Below, piece after piece: positions 39,704 to 55,100 of a stretch of DNA of 64,000 nt. The notes below the pieces were generated by a model, which saw only the letters and a list, made by a program, of their open reading frames with translations, was not told the origin of the DNA and did no database searches. The stretch spans positions 8,540,844 to 8,604,843 of the forward strand of contig CM082588.2 of NCBI GenBank assembly GCA_040954595.2, written 5' to 3'. This DNA comes from Balanoglossus misakiensis (lineage: Eukaryota > Animalia > Hemichordata). Both the position numbers and the translations under genes were made by a program. Position 1 is the stretch's first letter. Every line of letters starts with the position of its first letter.

Positions 39704-41986
39704 CGACAGTGTTTCCAATTCGTTTGCTGTTTTGTGTAATATCGATTTCTGTTGTGATGGTATTCACAGAGTCGTGTAACACCTGCATTTGACAGTTGTG
39801 TGATGTATTCAATCGATAAAACCCAGAACAGTTGCACTGATAGTTAATAGAGAGGTATAAAAGCTCAACTGGTGTACTTTTTGTAAGGGGGGGGGGGGGG
39901 GGGGTAGGTCTAAATAAAATCTACGTTTGCCCCTTGTGTGGCAGACACACCAATAGCGAAGGCCATCAATGAGGGTTTCTCGGATTAATATATCAGCAAA
40001 CCCGTCTGCAAAACTGCAAAATCAAATATAGCTGGGGGTTTTCGTATTTAAGAGCAATTTGCATAGTTAGTGACAGCTCACATATCTCGCTCCAAGGTCT
40101 ATGAACTAATCAACCAACACACTTGGCGACTTGTTTCATGTAAATAAGTATCTAATTTGCATATTTGGTCCACATATACCATCGGTTGCTTTGTTACGTG
40201 TACGTTGACATAATCTAGTGTTGTTCCAATACCCCAATCTACTCTAGTTTTTTCTTGACGACCACACCCTTTTAGGGTCCTATGAATATCCTTTACGCAC
40301 TCCGTTACCAAACTTATACAAGCAAACATGCATGCCATACCTATAACCCCGGAAATTACTGGCCACTCATTAAACTGTAGTCTTTATCACTTTTTTAATC
40401 ATCATGCGTCACATTCTTTACTTGCTATTCGCATAATTATGAAATGATTCAATATTTGAGACATACCTTTGTAGAGATGAAATGTTCCAAGTTTTGATAT
40501 TGAGAGAGATATGCTTAATCCTGCAAAGAAGGCAAAAGTTGGTAATGATTATTAAACTGCGCACGCTAGTTCACATGCCTATATCGTCATGGTATGCGTC
40601 GGCAAGAGAAGACAAACTGATGCAAATAGAAGAAATGGTGAGGATTTTAGAGGATAGGGAATAGATATGAAGTATTTTATTGTGGAAAAATATGTGAAAT
40701 TTGGCAGATCTAGAGGCTTTAACAACAGCATTTGCACGATGTCAAATCTAGGTTGACTGGACACCAGCTTGTTCAAAACAATAATGAGTGGTGTAATATT
40801 GCACACTCCCTAATTTATCGATGTGAAATATGCCCAAAGTATAAGGGCTGGGAGGCTTTTTGCTTTCCGTTGCATTGTATTGTTATGTCTTCAAAATGTA
40901 TAAACTTACAAGTACATGTAACCAACTAACTAACTAACTAACTAACTAACTAAATATTACACATAGTACATGTATTATATTTGTGAATATGTAAAATAGC
41001 TAGCTCCGTTAATGAAAGCGTGAGAAGGAGGGAGTCATCGATATAGGGTAATACGGATGTAAAAACTAGTGCAAAAATATAGAGGGAAAGTTGTTTTGAT
41101 GATGTTTACATAAAAACTGGCGACATGAAAACTTGGTGACGAAGCCGCGTGCCAACGAAACGGAACTGATCAAGGTTACTCAAACATATGTGAGTGAAAT
41201 TTTGAAATTCTCATAGCCTGCATAAAACATCAAATTGGTAATAGGACAAAATGGGTCAAACACTAGAACCTTGGATATCAAAAACAAAGTCTCCCCTTTA
41301 GCTCAGCAGTTATAAATACCCCATCGTCCATTCAGATAATCCCCAAAGGCGGGAAATACACCTTTGACGTCACATTAGCACAAATCCGTCATGTGTTAAA
41401 GACTATGAACACCTATCGAACGCTTTGATATTTACCAAATGCGGGGCATTGTTAAAAATCAATCTTCCTATTTGTTCCCCCATTTTCGTTTGTACGTTTA
41501 GTTTATATATAAACCCTGCTGATAATTCCAGCGCATGGTTTCCTTAGACTTTGTATTGAGAATCGCCTCAACAATAATAACACACAAAAGCAAAGCTGTC
41601 GGTGGATTTGCTTTCCCGTTGGTGTCTTTTCCCGTGACAGCTGCTGTGTTATAGTTAAAGGAAACAGTGTATTAAAATCTTTGACGTCAATATCACCAAA
41701 TGACGAGTATTCACTGATTAAAAAGGTTTCTGAATACCTAGTACTCCTCAAAATTGAAAATAAAATAGATTTTGAAATGCCATCATGATGGTTTTGTTGG
41801 GGGGGGGGGCAATCCCTGGCAAAACACGTCCAACAGTAATTCCTTTTTGATGCCAAGAAATGAAAACAAGGAAACTTCTATATCATCATTATACATTTGT
41901 GTACTGTTGTTCGTTTTTTTTGTTGAAGAAGTGAAAAGCACTTCCTTTTTTCACTTTTTTGCTTTTCTCTCCTGTATACCTGTTAA

Positions 41987-42160
41987 AGGGACAAGATCTC
42001 TTTCTCTCTCTCGCTGCCCTTTCCCATTAATTATGTGTCATTCAAGACACCGTTTATGTTATTCTACATGTGGATATATAGTGAATCAACGATCAACACA
42101 CACAACTTCCATCCCGTTTGTAGGATATGAGAGTAAACATCTCACGAAAATGGATAAATG
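41987..42160 (+). mobile_element. Partial Kolobok-like MITE family B
   Basis: ttaa|agggacaagatctct...; matches the left half of 33944-34280. Confidence 0.7.
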
Positions 42161-44813
42161 GTAGAGACTGTAACTACTACTAAGTCCTTAACCTTGAAAG
42201 TATATATTCCTGCATACATTTATTCAATTCTTGAAATATCTGTTTGAATTAGTAGCAGAATGTGTAACATTATAGGTCACGCTCGGCGTGATCTGTATGG
42301 AAGTAAGGGGGTTTGAAACAGAAAGTGACATTTCTGTTTTAGTATTGAAGCATAATCCTAACCATTTTACACGCATTTTGACACATCTCCAGTGAACATA
42401 TAGTTTCAATGATGCCATCGTTGGGTGTACAGACAAACTCAAAAAATCGAGGAACTTTTCTTACAAGCTTACTTTTATAAAATACAATGTACTCCAGTGG
42501 GCCTACATTTTTCACAAAGTCAAGCAAGCTTAGCTCGGCTCATTTCCGCAATAGATAGGTTCAAAGGTTACCAAGCTTTCATAGTGAGATTGTTTTGGGG
42601 GCAATTTAGTTTCGACTTTATTAGCTGTGATGATCAGCGCCGCAGTTCTACCCAAAATCTTACCTTGGCAACACGGTTTGCCACTGTCGCCCGGTGTGCT
42701 GCCGATTTGCATGGCAAGCTGTTCTGACTAAAATATTAAAATCGGATTAGAGAGCGACAGGGTGTAAATGTGCGCGCGTTCTTTCGGTCGGTCGTGGTTT
42801 GGTTAAAACGAAGAGTCAGCAATTGCAACTATGACGTGGTCCATCGCTCACTCATTCAACGTCTAAAGCTTCATGTCCATCCTATTGGTCTGGACAATGA
42901 TTCGATAGGGCGACAACGGTTCAATGTGTCAGAAACTCTAAAAAATGTCATCGTTACACAGTTTGCTAAATATAAAACTGCATAACTATAGGTTGGATAG
43001 TTTCTGCGAAAAATGATGGACGTGAGGGCAAAAATTATATTTTTACTACGGTGTATGTAATCGCAATTTAAATATCGACTGTGGTATATTGTACATGTTT
43101 TTGCATCGACCGCAGTATTTTTTGTCTCTCTGAGAGACAGTGGTGTTAATACAGCCATTTGTGCAACCTGTCAATCATCATAGTAATTCCATGTCAAACG
43201 GAAATAGCAGGGGATGACGTCAGATCACGTGTTTTGATGACTATTGAGTTCAGTCAAGATTGGGTACAGTATTTATTTCGTTTTTTTAAACGCATGCTAT
43301 GCATAGCGGATGCATGCTCATTTCAAATCAAGGTCAGAGATTCCTCGAAACCTCTTTGACATAAGACTTGACACTGACATTAAATTGGGCAATTTATAGA
43401 AGTGATTTTATGGCCGTAGAGTTGCAATTAAGAATGCTTCCAGTAAGTGGTGAGGTTTCGTCGGATCGTAGCAATTCGATAAAGCCGGAAAATAACTCTA
43501 ACCTGCCAAGTGATGTCTAAACTCTCTTGGCTGTAGCATCAACTTACTTTCCGTGCTTTTTTATTTTAGCCTTTACCAGTCAAATTTCAGCGATACTCTG
43601 TTAAATATTCCCTGGACCCCCGGAGTGGTCAAACTGCTGGCTATAACCATGAACGGTGTGTGGTGCTCTTTCATTTGTTGTTGGTTTTGCACGCGGAAAG
43701 TTATTAGTTACTATTATATTAAGGCACCATGTAGGGGGTCGCCATGGCGTGCTCTACTTGTACCGATGTACTCTAATACCAGGACAGCAGCTGGTAAAAG
43801 AATTATTTTTTTGTGATGTGGCATGTAAAAGCATAACTTCGGTATGTAAAACTACAACAGCCCTGAGGGACCAGTGTCACTTGTTTGGTGACATGAGCGC
43901 GGACATTTCATGGCCGATGCTTGATGTTTGGCGCGGAGGGCAGAGGGGGGGGGGGGGGGGGGAGAGAATATGTAGACAAGCTAATCGACTACAGTGGAAC
44001 ACCAACTATCCGAATTTCGGATTAACCCTTCATCACGGTCCCGTGAATAAGGCTGCCATTTTGTAGTCCGATCTTCACGTAAGATTTGCCTATATAGACG
44101 AAGTGAGTTATGATATTGGAGCCACGGTCGCAATATTCTGTACCTCTATTCGCATGAATTCGGAAGGATTGTGATTCAGACACAGAGAACAGGGTTTGGC
44201 ATGGTGGCGGGGATTGAAAGCCGTGATCACCGATTTAGAAAACCCACTTCTACTATTGTCATTGTCATGAAATTTCACACATAGCTCAGTCAAATAAAAA
44301 TAAATTAACCGGTCAAATAAAATCGATGATCACCGCGCTCTATTTTGAGATAAACTTCGCTAAATATTTTGCCCATAGACAAACCGTTGGTGAAAAATGA
44401 TGACTCGGCAGTTTTCTTCTATATCGACTAAATTCTCGGCCTTTTGTTTCGAAAACAAGTGCGGTGACCCCTATATTTTTTTTTACCGATTTTCATTATA
44501 CATACAAATGAATTTCTGAGACAGGCATGAGCTCTCGTAGTCCTGCAAAAACATATTTGATGTGAAATAACCTTCTGTGTGAAATAAAAATTTAAAATTA
44601 CAATACACACGTGGTTTGTCTTTACTGCAGCTCACTTCGGAATTCCAGTTCTGTTTGAATATATATGTGGCTCTTAGTGTATAATGTTCGATGAAGAGAT
44701 TGAAGTTTTCCAGGCCTTGCCAAACCAGACTTCTCCAAAACCACACTCAGATGACATAACCAAACGCCATAGATTTTATAAACTACAATTAATTCTTATT
44801 GGGTTAAGTCTAA

Positions 44814-44936
44814 GAATGAATGAATGAATGAATGAATGAATGAATGAATGAATGAATGAATGAATGAATGAATGAATGAATGAATGAATGAATGAATGAA
44901 TGAATGAATGAATGAATGAATGAATGAATGAATGAA
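44814..44936. repeat. (GAAT)n microsatellite
   Basis: Read directly. Confidence 0.95.
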
Positions 44937-47900
44937 TTTGCAGGCGCCTTATTTCATCGAGCGACCGTCTCTACAAAAATGCTGGAAGAATGTATGCTGT
45001 TATAGATGCATTGTACTAAATTAAGATCGAGGGTAAGTAGCTAACTTGATATCAAACAAAGTTCACTTACGAATATTGTCTATGGATAACTGAAGATATC
45101 TGATATAAACATTTCATTGGTGTGCAGTTTTTTTAGACAGTATGTTATGGAAAACGTTCGAATTTTCAATAGAAAATAAATTGAAGATAATTGTGCTATA
45201 TTAGAACATTTTTTATGCAGAATCCGTGCAGGCAATCAAAAAGTTTGCAACACTTTTATAAAATTCAATCAACTGGTACAGAATTCTCATAAACAGTTTA
45301 TAACGTTTGCAACGATGGCTTACAGACCAATATTTTTTTTACCTTTTTATATTATCCATTAAGATCCAATTTCTTTATAAAACTTTCTATCCAACTTTCT
45401 ATGCAAAATGATACAATTTCTATGAAGAATTAATAGAATACCGAAAGGCTCTTTCTAAACATCCATTAGCTTTATAAAATCCTATAAACCACGACAAAAA
45501 CCGCCATAATCTCTAAATAAAAATTGTATGGGATTGGAATAGGTTTCTTCTACAATATCCTCTGCTTGTTTTCAAAAGTTTCAATAATTCCATGGTTCAT
45601 TTGTTTAAATGTGTATTCTATGATTTCTCTGCCAAGAACCTATAGATGTTTTGTAAAATAAAAGTATTAATGCAATTTAACAATTATATGTTACATTTAA
45701 TATTATTTTATATTATTAATACACCAGGAGATATAACAGGTTACCTTGTACATGGAAAGCAAAGCAATTGAACGAACATTAAAAAATCCAGTTTCATTGA
45801 TGTCGCATCGTTTACTTTCTGTAGTGTTTTGACGAACTTTGTAATATGGGTTGCTGTGCGTATAGGTTACTTCCAAATTTTAACGAATGTACACAATTCA
45901 CTCATAATTGAAAGGAATACGGCCAATCCCATTCAAAATGTTTCATCAAGCTTTCAGGTAACAGAAGTGGCTGAGGTATTTGCAAAGTTCCCCATCGGCG
46001 CCCACCACACCCTTTTGAGCAACCCCCCATGTTTGTTATTGACCCCACCCCCCATGTGCACCCCATCTACCCTCCGACACACCTAACGTCTCCCTAAGAC
46101 TTCATCTTGCTTGTTGGAACTCGACAATGCGCTTCGAATGAAACGAGCGACGAACCTGGGTCGCGTACTGTCGTCCGCAGTTATGGTCAGTGCATGTTAG
46201 CGGTCTTGAACGGATACCCAACTGTATTATTGACATTTCGTCGCCAACAGCTCTGTCTCCCAAAGCACCGTGAATCATATCAATACCACGATCCTCTGAA
46301 ACCTACCTTTCACTACCACTGTCTACATTAAAGGCACGACTGACGCGGTTCCTTTTAACATACACCAAATTCCATACAACCTAACTATACCAGAAACACT
46401 GACTCAACAAATTGTGAAACATCGTTTTTTGATAAACATGTGTGTAACAATCTTATCTCATGATCGTTAAGAGAACAAGACTGGAATGAAGAAAATCTTA
46501 GCGTAGTGAAACAAAAATAGGTTAGAACGAAAAACATGTTAACAAGAACTCCGCTGGAGTTTGAACGTTTATGGCTTACCTTCCTCCGTTGGCCTGAAAC
46601 ACGACTGCTGCAGTCAATCTATCGAAGCAGAGTGATTCCAATACGAATTGATTTTCAGTATGTTAATTGTATTTATATCTCATGGATTTCGACGTCATAA
46701 AGATGGACCAACACATGTGAAGTATCATGCATGCATGGGTGCCTTTGGTTGTACACCAACACACCAGCTGTGTCCACTTGAAAATACTTTTTTGTCATGT
46801 GAATGTTTATTTAAATATTAAAGCTCCCATATATGGCAAATTCCGACCGTTGTGGTAAAAAAAGACGAAATCAACAGTATAGAAATGTCAATAGATTTCC
46901 ATGTAATTCGAACTGTTGATCAAACTAAAAGTCTAGAAAAGACTTCGATGTTAGGAACAGTATGAAATCTTTTCTCTGTGATCAATTAATAATGGAACAG
47001 CAAATTTAATTATAAGCACATTTTCGCTATTCTTGTTCCAGATAGCAACCGTACGTTAATGTGGTATTCATGAATAGAATCGGGAATATCTGGAATCCAT
47101 ATCTTGGCTCCGCTGAAGAAGAAATTAGTAATTAATTTACGACATAAAATGGCTAGGGCTATTGTGCATTTCAGTTGGGACAGGCTGGCATAAGCCTGAC
47201 TGTGCACAGTAGGCCTACACGTGTGTTAATCCTTTGGACCAAAGGTCCAAAGGGACTTATAGGATTACCTTGTACATGTTGTACGTGCTTTGTACCGCAT
47301 ACCGAACGTTAGACAAGAGAACCTCAATCAAAGTGAGGCTTGAGTGGAGATCATGTGCGAACCTGACAAAGCTGCCGAGAAAAATATCTAAAGTTTGAAC
47401 ATCCGGTGCAGTCAAGGTTGATGGTAGCCACTGCGCCATTTCAATTATCTCAATCAAACACGTCAAACCTTCAGCTTGCACAGTAATATCAGTGGGACTG
47501 AGTGAAGAAGCTGCCAATTTATGTCCAAATTTATTGAAAATTTCTTGAGATATTGTCCATAGACACAGACAATGTACCACAACCATGAAAGCGTAACCAT
47601 GGAAATGCTATGTGTAATATATGACGTTTTGCACTGGCAGTCGATGAATTAATGCATCACACTTTTGAAGCAATTTTGTCTCTATGGTATTATGTAGTTG
47701 CGTGGTCAACTGAAATGACAAAACTTTCGATTTTAGTGATCGTATATCGTTAGATTTTGCCTCTGTGTGACTGAAAACATCTTCCGAACTTCGAAATGCG
47801 TATGTCCAAAGTGAATTTGGTTTCATAACTTCTTTCTGTTCCAAAATCATAGGACAGTGTGTAATAACACCCAAGCAAATTGTGCCCATCCCCAGTCCGC

Positions 47901-48628
47901 TGCTGTCTGTGCTAGCGCCAGCAGCGACAGGGAAGCAGACTGGAGTGTAGCACAGCGCCCTCAACATCCTAACTTTTATGAAATGTTTTTTTTTTTCCAA
48001 CAAACTGTGAAGCCACATTCAATTTACAGATGTCCACAAATAGCATAGTTGAGTGTTGTAAAAGATATATATAGTAGCTCTTTTTTTCTCTCTCTCGACA
48101 GTGCCACCCACTGATATTATGTGATTGGCCATGTCTCAATTTGCCATGGTAAGAGAATTTCATGTTCTTCTTACCTGTCTGTTACAAAACATATCTACAT
48201 GTACAACACTGGCACCATTTAATTGGCCAGCCAATCTTTAATATCAGTCTGTACAGTTACGGTAATGCCTTGCCAACATTTCTTATTGTGTACTCATAGT
48301 GGGGGGGGGGGGGGGGGAAGTAACCACGCATAATTAAGAAGACTAACATGACTAGTTTTCAAACAATTTATTTACTGAAGTCTGAACCAAATGGAAACAT
48401 GTACAAAAAATTTCACATCCTAAAGGAAAGGTAGAAACACAAAAATGTAATGCAATTGACTAATACATATATTTTAATATAAATACATTGCATGTTGATG
48501 ACTTGTGGATAAATTGCATGTCTGTTATCTGCACCTATGTGCTGATGACATATTGATAGACACACTGACTGCATCATTGTTGTAACACACACCCATGCAC
48601 ATACATGTAAATTTTGCGTGTTATTTAA

Positions 48629-48812
48629 AAGTATACAGTCACCTCCTATTTACATTTGTCCATATATGGCTGAAATGGCATATTTGAGCATTCTAAAGAA
48701 CATATGGTTGCGCTCTTTTTTCGTGTGTGCCACCTACTAAAAATCTGTGATTGGCTAGATTTCAATTTGCTGTGGTAACTATAGCTAATTTTCTATAGGT
48801 GACCGTATACCT
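48629..48812 (-). mobile_element. Kolobok-like MITE family A
   Basis: aagtatacagtcacc...ggtgaccgtatacct|ttaa; reverse orientation relative to 1076-1251. Confidence 0.7.
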
Positions 48813-48838
48813 TTAAGTTCAAACATCAGCTGTCTTAA

Positions 48839-48922
48839 CCCTTTCACCCCAGTTCCCTGTTTAGAAGTCCAACCTTACCATAGAAAACAATGGGTTCGGA
48901 CTTAACCACGGCGATGAAGGGG
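48839..48922. mobile_element. piggyBac-like mini-MITE
   Basis: ttaa|ccctttcacc...gatgaagggg|ttaa; sister copy at 56654-56738. Confidence 0.65.
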
Positions 48923-48990
48923 TTAATTAAATAGTCCACTCTACTGTATTAGATGACACTCCAGACTAATTTGGATTAGAACTACAATAA

Positions 48991-49314
48991 AAGGACAAAG
49001 TCTCTCTCTCGCTGCCTTTTTTCCATTAACTATGTTTGATACAAGACACTGTTTGCGTTATTCATGTGGCTATATAGTGAATCAAAGTTCGACCACACAC
49101 AACTTCCATCCCATTTGTAGGATATGAGAGTGAAAAACTTGGCAAAATGAATGAAAGGTAAACACCGATTACCGGTATTTATTTTTGCGAGTTTTTCACT
49201 CTTGTGTCTACAAGCAGGATGGAAGATGTGTGTGGTCATTGTAGAATAACATATATGGTGTCTAGTATCAAAATAATTAATGGAAATGGGCAACGAGAGA
49301 CAGACTTTGTCCCT
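48991..49314. mobile_element. Kolobok-like MITE family B
   Basis: aaggacaaagtctctctctcgctgcc ... gacagactttgtccct. Confidence 0.75.
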
Positions 49315-49758
49315 TTAGTATAAATTTACCCTCAAAAGCCACATACGAATAAAGCGCCACAAAGTCTTGTTTGTACAATACATAGGAAGAGTTTGCATGT
49401 GTTTATTTAAACAAAATTGTTGAGAAAAGAAATGTACAAAGTTCCGGATAGGAAAAACCTTTTTCATTTTTCAAGTTTTCGATCCACGTCGAAGAAAAAA
49501 AAAATAAAACATATGGAACAAAAGAAGAACAAAATAATGTTATTTATCACTCATTTCTGTCTGGGAATCAAATGTTATAAATATTTAGATGATGCATTTT
49601 TTTTTCTTTTTTTTCTCTTCTTTGTCAGTATTACTATTAGCAATACTAATATTCAACTTTCTGCATGTTCAATCACAGCGACAGTAAAAATAAACAGAAA
49701 CTTTATACAGTAAAAACCGTCATCGCTAGCAAGCAAGTCTGAATCAGTTGTTGTCTAT

Positions 49759-52174
49759 CTAGATGGTTAGTCCAAACACACTGACAATACAATACATGGT
49801 CTTGTTTTCCCATCTGACTGTACAGCTACCATCCGTAGTGTTGTCCCAGAAACACGAGCTGGCTGTGTGCAGACCGGCGCCGTTCTTCTGCATAATCACA
49901 CAGGTAACTGTGAATAGACAACAGAGAGTTGCGTCTTGTCAGTTTTTAATGCTAAAATATGAGATCAAAAAAACATGTTTGCACAGAGGGTTGGATCACA
50001 GAGGTGGTTGTTTTCAACATGGGTGTAACTTTCTACGTAGGGAGTACATTTCAGGCCCAGAGAAATTGTTCACATATCCACTTGTCATGGGGGCATGTGA
50101 CTTTATAATTTCATTAGTGTCAAGGGAAATTCAGCATCATGGTTGTAGATAGCTACTAAGATAGCCTTATTCACATGGGGACCCCCCCCCCCCCATCATC
50201 ATAACAGTACATGTACACTACAGTTTGAGTCCTTGGAACTGTCTTCATGATGGAAAAATAAACAAACATGGAGGTCTTCCAATCTCAACTACACTGGGTG
50301 AGATGTCCATCATTTACGTAAAATAAACAACTTTATTTTACGTAAATGATGGACATCTCACAACTACTTGCACTTGTTCATAGCTTTATGTGAGTGACAT
50401 CCTTCTAAGGGGCACTGGTCCCCCTTTGACAAATTGCTACATGTAGGGGTAGCCAACATGTAAACAAGGGGTGATTCCCAACGGGCCCTGTCTACATAAA
50501 ACACTGAAAGTGCTGCAAAAGTCATTTTGATCCCTCAAACAAAACTGAGCTTTGATTGTACATGTATTAGCAATGGCCTAGGCCAGTCTTGTGCAACTTG
50601 AGTATGTGACTGGTACGTGGCATTTCTGCCAACATCAAGAATATTTATAATGGTTCAAATCAAGCAGCTTTCAATGAATCCCAAAGTGAAGCATGTTAAT
50701 CAGTGGCAAGTGCATTCTTTGTAAACCGGTACGAATATACTGGTACAACCTCGAAAGCAACCAGAATCACATCTCTGTTTGGGCAACTGCATTTGAGATG
50801 GCATGATTTTGTTCATTTGACGGGAAATTGACCACAATGTAAACCAGTATCTGCTATTGCGTCTTTGCCATACATGTACATATACAGGTGTGGCATACAT
50901 GTAGCTGACACTCGCCATACCAGGAAGGCTACAATGTACATGTATGGCACAGTGACTCTATTGAGAGAGTGACTACCTGACAATTAACATTATTATGTAC
51001 CTAGGCATACATGTAGTTCTGTGGACAACCATGTCTAATCCCAATCTGATTAAAATCAGTCTGATATAGGGTACAGCGATGTCTTTTACTTTGGGGTACG
51101 GTATTCTTATACTGTCGCCTCACACTACATCTGACCAATACCCATGGAAGCTCCCTTTCATCCGAGAAGATTGGTCTTCTCCCCCTCATTTGTCCAATAT
51201 CACCCAAGATGGGGTGGGCTGACATTGACTGCTGCAAGATTGCTCACAGTGATTTCAATTCATTTGATGACACGCATACTCACCAATATACTTGAATGGT
51301 TTTCCTAACTTTGTAAGTTGATTGAGACACTGTTCAACAACATTTGATGTCCACTGGTTGACTTTGTTGTGTTGGTATGCATTGCCTCCGATGGCACCTT
51401 CCACTGCTTCTTTGATGATGTTGCTAACTTCATCAACAACAAAGGCTGTCTGCAAGTACAGAATAACAGAAACCAGATTCAAAATTCCGGTGGCTGTACC
51501 AAGAATTAAAGGGACAAAGTCTCTCTCTCGCTGCCATTTTTCCATTAATTTTGTTTGATAAAAGACAGCATTTATGTTATTCTACATGTGGATACTGTAT
51601 ATGGTGAATCAACGTTCAACCACACACAACTTCCATCCCGTTTGTAAGATATGAGAGTAAATATTCGCCCAAAATGATTAAATGTTAGAGAACGAGTATT
51701 CATTTTGGCGAGGAGTTTTTTCACTCTCGTGTATACATGTGGGATGGAAGTTGTGAGTGGTTGAACATCTACTGATCTAGTCCCTGACTCTTCTTGGCTC
51801 TGTGACAAGTGTGATGTTTTCTTTAGTAAAGCAATGCACATACGAACTCATCCGTTACTACACACAAATCGCCGGTTAAATAGTAATTAAAACGGCTGTC
51901 ATGGACAGTTTGGTGCATCATAACACGAAATATGGATTTGGACTTAAAACACTGAACGCCTGTGCCCAGCTTTTGAGGGAAATTTTCGGTATTCAAAACA
52001 GAGATGTGCAATGTATTTCCTGTCAAACTCAAACATGTCTGACTGCGTCGAACTGCGAATCGAACGCTCGGTTTCAAAGCCGTTTCTGATCAACTGCCGT
52101 TCAGTTATTGAAATGTTGTATTGAAATAGTCTTGATAAAAGGGTTACCTCCTCTCCAGACTGGAAATCGTCCAT
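49759..52174 (-). CDS. DYNLT1: Dynein light chain Tctex-type 1
   Basis: Exons 52148-52174 (MDDFQSGEE), 51284-51449 ([14 protein letters not shown]...GKPFKYI) and 49759-49907 ([22 protein letters not shown]...[17 protein letters not shown]). Confidence 0.96.
50298..50361. repeat. Perfect 30-bp-arm hairpin with a 4-nt loop in the DYNLT intron
   Basis: gtgagatgtccatcatttacgtaaaataaa-caac-tttattttacgtaaatgatggacatctcac. Confidence 0.9.
51510..51770 (+). mobile_element. Kolobok-like MITE family B (partial)
   Basis: ttaa|agggacaaagtctctctctcgctgcc... Confidence 0.7.
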
Positions 52175-55100
52175 TCTTGTTTTAGGTGCGAGTCTCAATC
52201 GGTAGCAAAGCGTTGCACCCAAAGATTGTATTTACCTTCGCGGACGTTGGCAACAAGAAGCATTGTGGGAAATCCAGCTGCTCTCGCGTTGTCTCGCGCG
52301 AGTTTTGTAGCCTGACGGGAGCGGGTTTCAGAGCTAATTCAGAATCAGAATTCGAAATAGAATGACAAACAGATCAATGAAGTCAATGTGAAAATGTCAC
52401 GTCGTTGACATTTTGGTCCGATAAAATGAAAGAAAACATCGAATTTATGACATTCATAACAAACCATAAACATTATAAAAGAGAAATCTGTCCAAATATT
52501 TAAAACACTTATCTGTGAGTTTCTGAATCGAAATCCGTCCCATGTTGAAACGCACTGACTGAACGTATGTATATGTACACGAATGTGCACCCTGATGGCT
52601 GTCATTTGGATATGTCCGGATAGTCGAGCTGAATCCACCAATTTTCACCATGCTAAGCTACTCGTTCACGTTGTACCCTGACTAACCGAGTAGCAATCTT
52701 ATGTGTTGTTTAAAAGTGTTGCGTTTTGATGAGAAAATAAAGAAACGCGACTTATAACGCATTGTAAACCTCTGTGTTGATAGTGTCTTGGATTGGATGA
52801 AAAGTTTGCATATAATTATCATGCGATCTGGGCTGGGCCTGCCCACGGTGTGATATAAGTCCACGGTCCTGTTGTGGAATCTGAGGTACTGACGTGTTCC
52901 CTCGAGAGACAGTGTTAATTATAACATTATGGGTCCGTTATTCACAGACAGTTCACACCATACATGTCCGTAATATATGTGTGTGATCTGATTGGGAAAA
53001 GTTTGCGGTCATCGCTGTCATCGACACACCAGTTAATGAGTTATCATGGTGTACGTACACATGTAAACACACAACCAGTTATCTTTGGTATCATATGTGA
53101 AGTTTTCGATCTGTTTGTGATTATCCCGTGGACGTGGTCTGTCAAAACTTTTTGGAGTCTCGGAGCATTGTTCCAGCGACAAAGAAGTATCGATCAGGTA
53201 AGAAATCAATAAACATATATGTACTTAAAATCTGGTAAGGTAATTACGTGATGTGATTACTCGATTAGCGATGGAAATTACGATGGGGAGTTTGACACAG
53301 GGCGGTCTGTGGGCGTCTGTGTGTGACGTGAGACACATCGATTCGCGATCGGTACTACTAGTATATTGTATAAAGTGTAACCACTACCTATACTACTTCC
53401 GATCGCGAAGGGACGTGTCTCACTCGAGCCTGTGGCTGTGTATGAGTTTGGTCTCCGACGTTTGTGTGACTGACAGCAACAGGTAGTTGCATATGTCTCT
53501 GCCTGTTTGACTGATTACTATTAGGTCCCATGTTCGAATTTTGTTTGACAAGAGTCGCGGTTTAGCTCTGTAAATTACAGCTACAAGAGACAATTAAGAC
53601 CATGGCGAGACTATGGCATCATTAATTAACGGTTGAATCCACTTTATTTATTTATGTCCCTTTAACACAATTTTCAGAATCACAAAATAGTCTAATTGTC
53701 TGGTATATGTTAATTCAACTGCAATTCACATCACCTGAAAAGAATCACAAATACATATTAACATGACAATATAAAAGCTGATCCTCAGATCATTCATGTG
53801 CAAATTGTTTAAATACCAAGAATACCTGATCTCTGATGAATAAGCCACAGCTTTAGGTCACAACTTGATATATGCTGAATACTTTCTGATCAGTAACAAT
53901 ATTGGATATTTTACCTACAAAACATTTTGAATCAATGTGCAGTGTTTCATCTAGAGGGCCTGGGGGCGACAGGGCAGTTCCCTCTCTGTTGGCCTGTTGA
54001 CACCCACTAACGAATCATAGACACCCCCTGAAAATGAAGTCAGACATTGTAATTAATACACAGAAATAATTCATGAAATATTATAGTCCCTCTTTAATTG
54101 TTAGATTGTTATCTCCTCCAAATACTTTGGCAAGGGGGGACATATCCCCCCTGCTGATGTCATCCTAGATGGGACACTGATAATGTGCACCAGCCAGATC
54201 TTTGATTGGTCAGTCCATTGACAATGATTGTTAATTAATTTTCTCTTCAAACAGTTGGACATGAACCTGTATGAGATGCTGTACGTCATGTGTACTATAA
54301 GTCTACCAGTACATATTTCACTGTTGTCCACAATTCATTGCAAATACCAAAGTATCATTTCTTTGTGTTGATGAATCAAATATATGGTAGCAGAGACATA
54401 GGTGACATTCCATTGAGGGGTCAAAGGTCATCTGCAGTATACCTGTGTCAGATGTGTGTTTGTCATTTATACATATACGCGAGAGCCCAAAAAATGTGAA
54501 AATAAAAAGTCGCGTAAAATATTTTTCGGAGAAAACGATGCAGTATTAGTGAAATAAATACGAGAACGTGAAAATTAATTCTCGCGTAACAGTTGCCTCT
54601 TTTGATGTTGCGAACATTTCCTGTTGCGAAAATAACCTGTTTTACAGTATTTAATATTCAAAATATCAACAGGTGGTTTGTGAATAAAATGGCTATCTAC
54701 CGCATGCCACGTCCACATTTGGTTTTTGACATCACAAGATGCATATGGCCAGAGTCTTTGCAACCAGATGGTTGAAAATGCAAAGAAAAGGTCACCCCTA
54801 AAATTGACAGATGGTTTCGAATAAGTCAAAAGGCGGTAAGAGAGACTCGGATTCTGTGAACATACAGTTCTGTGAAAATTGATGATTTTATATTTATTGC
54901 TGTTGTTGCATGCATTTGTTGGTGTGTTTCTGTCCTGGACAGTGCACTGTGATGCATGTGTAGTGTATTTTAAAGGAATTTTAATATTAATGATAAACAA
55001 AAAACTATATTTTTTATCAATGTCACAAAAAATAACTGACACTATGATAGAGTGACGTGCCCTCTTTTACTGATGTCATGATTTAACATTCATGTTTGTC

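Noticed and set aside
47231-48018. ORFs of 109 and 136 aa and the palindrome cctttggaccaaaggtccaaagg
   Set aside because: No motifs or splice-consistent structure; probably a decayed interspersed repeat whose ends I cannot define.
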